Origin: Gammaproteobacteria bacterium
GTDB taxonomy: Bacteria; Pseudomonadota; Gammaproteobacteria; Pseudomonadales; Azotimanducaceae
Assembly (NCBI GenBank): GCA_026705345.1
Contig: JAPPAV010000120.1
Location: 13,748-77,747 of the forward strand
Direction of reading: 5' to 3'
Length of the DNA: 64,000 bases
Shown: positions 62,494-64,000 of the stretch, piece by piece
Numbering within the stretch: position 1 is the first letter of the stretch
Layout: every line of letters starts with the position of its first letter
Program-made: the position numbers and the translations under genes
The notes under the pieces: model-generated
What the model saw: the letters and a program-made list of their open reading frames with translations, nothing else
The model's database searches: none
Told to the model about the DNA's origin: nothing

Positions 62494-62844
62494 AGCGAAT
62501 CGGGGCTGGCGTTCCGAGCATCGAAGTCGCTGAACCGGGTCACTGGCGCGCCCACTCCGGGAGCCGCTGGTTCCGCTTCAACACGTCCCGTTGTGCCATC
62601 AGCGCGTCGAAACATGGGCGCGGGGCGTCACCGTCCCGCCTTTGGCGGCACCCGGAAGGGCCAATCGGGAACACCAGCGGAGCGATGGTGGCGGAGTTGA
62701 CCAGTGTTCCCTTCGGCCAGTAGGCTTCCGACCGCCAATCAAGGCTGATACGGCGCTCGCGATCATCGCCCAGCGTCTGCGACACCTGCCCAGTGGTGCG
62801 AAAGGCCGGAGAGACGGCCACATCAAACCACGAAGGGGGAGGCT

Positions 62845-63492
62845 GTGACTTCAAACAAGCTCCTGATGGGCGACTTGCTGGCACTCGACCGATGTCCTCA
62901 CTGCGAGATTGCCAAGCCACTACTGGCGGCACACCCGAATTTCAACTTCATGAAGATCGCCGAAACGGCAAATGTACTTTGGACCGTGTATGTATGCACA
63001 GCATGCAACAATGTTGCGACTGCTAAAGGGAGCCCCGAGGGGAACCACGTCTACGTCGATGATTTGTTCCCGAAGGCGAGAGTTGTGGACACGGAACTAC
63101 CGGAGGTCGGTCGAACCTACCTACAGCAAGCCCATCGTTCGCTCGGCGATGCGCCGGACGGTGCAGCCATGCTCGCGTCTTCGTCGATAGAGGCGATGAT
63201 TAAGGACAAAGGTGTCGGGAAGAAGCGCGAAAAACTGACGGATCGAATCAACCAGGCTGTCGAGGATGGGTTGATCACGAAGGGAATGGGCGATTGGGCA
63301 CACAAGGTTCGACTCGAGGCCAACGATCCTAGACACGCCGACGAAGCTGCCCCGCATGTGACGCGAGAGCAGGCTACGGTGTTGGTCGAATTCGCCGAGA
63401 CGCTAGGACACATCCTTTACGTTCTACCCAGCCTGGTAGCCAAAGGCATCAGCGATGCGAATGAGGCGGAAACCCCTGCGGATGAACGATAA
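62845..63492 (+). CDS. DUF4145 domain protein with N-terminal CxxC...CxxC zinc finger
   Basis: 215 aa. It has CPHCEI...CTACNN, then YLQQAHRSLGDAPDGAAMLASSSIEAMIKD...WAHKVRLEANDPRHAD...ATVLVEFAETLGHILY, which is the DUF4145 helical pattern. Confidence 0.65.
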   Translation: MTSNKLLMGDLLALDRCPHCEIAKPLLAAHPNFNFMKIAETANVLWTVYVCTACNNVATAKGSPEGNHVYVDDLFPKARVVDTELPEVGRTYLQQAHRSLGDAPDGAAMLASSSIEAMIKDKGVGKKREKLTDRINQAVEDGLITKGMGDWAHKVRLEANDPRHADEAAPHVTREQATVLVEFAETLGHILYVLPSLVAKGISDANEAETPADER

Positions 63493-63520
63493 CGGTCGTA
63501 GTAGTGATCTTCCGGGGTCA

Positions 63521-64000
63521 ATGCCCGCGAACGTCAACGTGGTGTTCGAAGGCATGTTGGATGGCGACAACGAGGAAACATTGCGAGAAATCGCTAATGT
63601 CCTCGCGGGTCATATGAGAGTGATCAGCGAGCACATCGACATATCGATGCTTGATCGAGTGACGATTGCCACGGACTACGCCACCGCGGTTGCAAACGTG
63701 GATCGAGGAATCGAAGTTTCGGATCACACGAATCAACCGACGAATGACGGAATTGCTATAGGCGTTGCTATGACAATCTCGGTGCTGCGCGATGGCGTCG
63801 CCAAGAGCCACATCGTTTTTGCCCATGAGGCTGTACGAGCAATCGCGGACCCAAATGCCGACGAAGCATACCGCTTGGCGCTTTATATGGTAGCGCACGA
63901 GTGCGCTCACGTTGAAGGGCAGCACAAATTCAACACAGCCTTCCCGAACCTAATACTGCGCCCCGCGCCAGAATCGTGGGATTCGCTCGACCACAATAAA
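63521..64000 (+). CDS. Hypothetical HExxH-motif protein, 3' end outside window
   Basis: This plus frame is open from ATG 63521 to the window edge (alternative in-frame ATG at 63482), and is absent from the ORF track because it has no stop. It contains VAHECAHVEGQH (HExxHxxGxH, near-metzincin). The region is visibly AT-richer. Confidence 0.45.
   Translation, partial: MPANVNVVFEGMLDGDNEETLREIANVLAGHMRVISEHIDISMLDRVTIATDYATAVANVDRGIEVSDHTNQPTNDGIAIGVAMTISVLRDGVAKSHIVFAHEAVRAIADPNADEAYRLALYMVAHECAHVEGQHKFNTAFPNLILRPAPESWDSLDHNK

Noticed and set aside
62540-62932. A 130-aa minus-strand ORF between the exonuclease-like and DUF4145 genes.
   Set aside because: It has no recognisable family, its 5' end overlaps the DUF4145 start region, and its composition is Arg/Pro/Ser-biased. 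A small real gene in 62540-62800 cannot be excluded.
63518-63925. A 135-aa minus-strand ORF at the window end.
   Set aside because: The opposite (plus) strand is open for all 160 codons to the window edge, carries an HExxH motif, and is positioned as the next gene after DUF4145. The minus ORF has an odd Cys/His/Arg-rich composition.
1-64000. A scan for CRISPR arrays, rRNA genes, integrases/recombinases and IS elements other than the Mu-type element.
   Set aside because: - I found no regularly spaced direct repeats of CRISPR type. The REP clusters are palindromic and irregular.
- I found no rRNA-like conserved stretches.
- I found no tyrosine or serine recombinase motifs in any long ORF.

Overview
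This is a high-GC bacterial chromosomal window (about two-thirds G+C by eye) with a proteobacterial-type gene order. I found no rRNA genes and no CRISPR array.

**1-12.7 kb: housekeeping block.** Most genes are on the minus strand: ribD (partial), nrdR, radA, dnaB, rplI-rpsR-rpsF, a BlaI/BlaR1-like regulator pair, rlmB and rnr. The block ends with a plus-strand Uma2-like gene at tRNA-Leu(CAG).

**12.8-32.3 kb and 45.9-59.3 kb: accessory catabolism.**
- Fe(II)/2-oxoglutarate dioxygenases recur: five PhyH-like (two are pseudogenes) and two TauD-like.
- There are three amidohydrolases, two family III CoA-transferases, an oxalyl-CoA decarboxylase-like ThDP enzyme, an LLM oxidoreductase, an SDR, an aldo/keto reductase and an HpcH aldolase.
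- There are MFS and SSS transporters, plus an ECF sigma factor fused to a long Eis/SCP2-like C-terminal region.
- Intergenic gaps hold a family of GTAG-headed REP-type hairpins. Eight of them supply the TAG stop codon of the adjacent gene.

**32.3-45.8 kb: decayed accessory patch.** It holds a Fic gene, a HigBA-like toxin-antitoxin pair and a truncated methyltransferase. It also holds the most striking object, a 9.7-kb Mu-type transposable element at 35314-45003.
- It has multi-site terminal inverted repeats and a 5-bp CCGGT target duplication, and it splits a PhyH-like gene.
- It encodes a DDE transposase, a DUF3486/gp27-like protein, a Mu gpT-like capsid protein, a Mu gpI-like protease/scaffold and a tape measure protein.
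- It has no portal, large terminase or tail tube/sheath genes. That makes it a candidate transposable phage satellite or mini-Mu.

**Other highlights.**
- A glutathione peroxidase (50162-50638) has an in-frame UGA followed by an fdhF-like SECIS hairpin, so it is probably a selenoprotein that ORF callers split.
- A PhyH-like paralog is frameshifted in a C5 run.
- A carboxyltransferase carries an in-frame internal deletion.
- There is a VapBC pair, an ankyrin-repeat protein and two tandem helical-repeat paralogs.
- The last 4.7 kb is AT-richer and carries a secreted DUF1524-type HNH nuclease, an exonuclease-like protein, a DUF4145 protein and an HExxH protein.

All family assignments come from reading motifs by eye. 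No database search was run.
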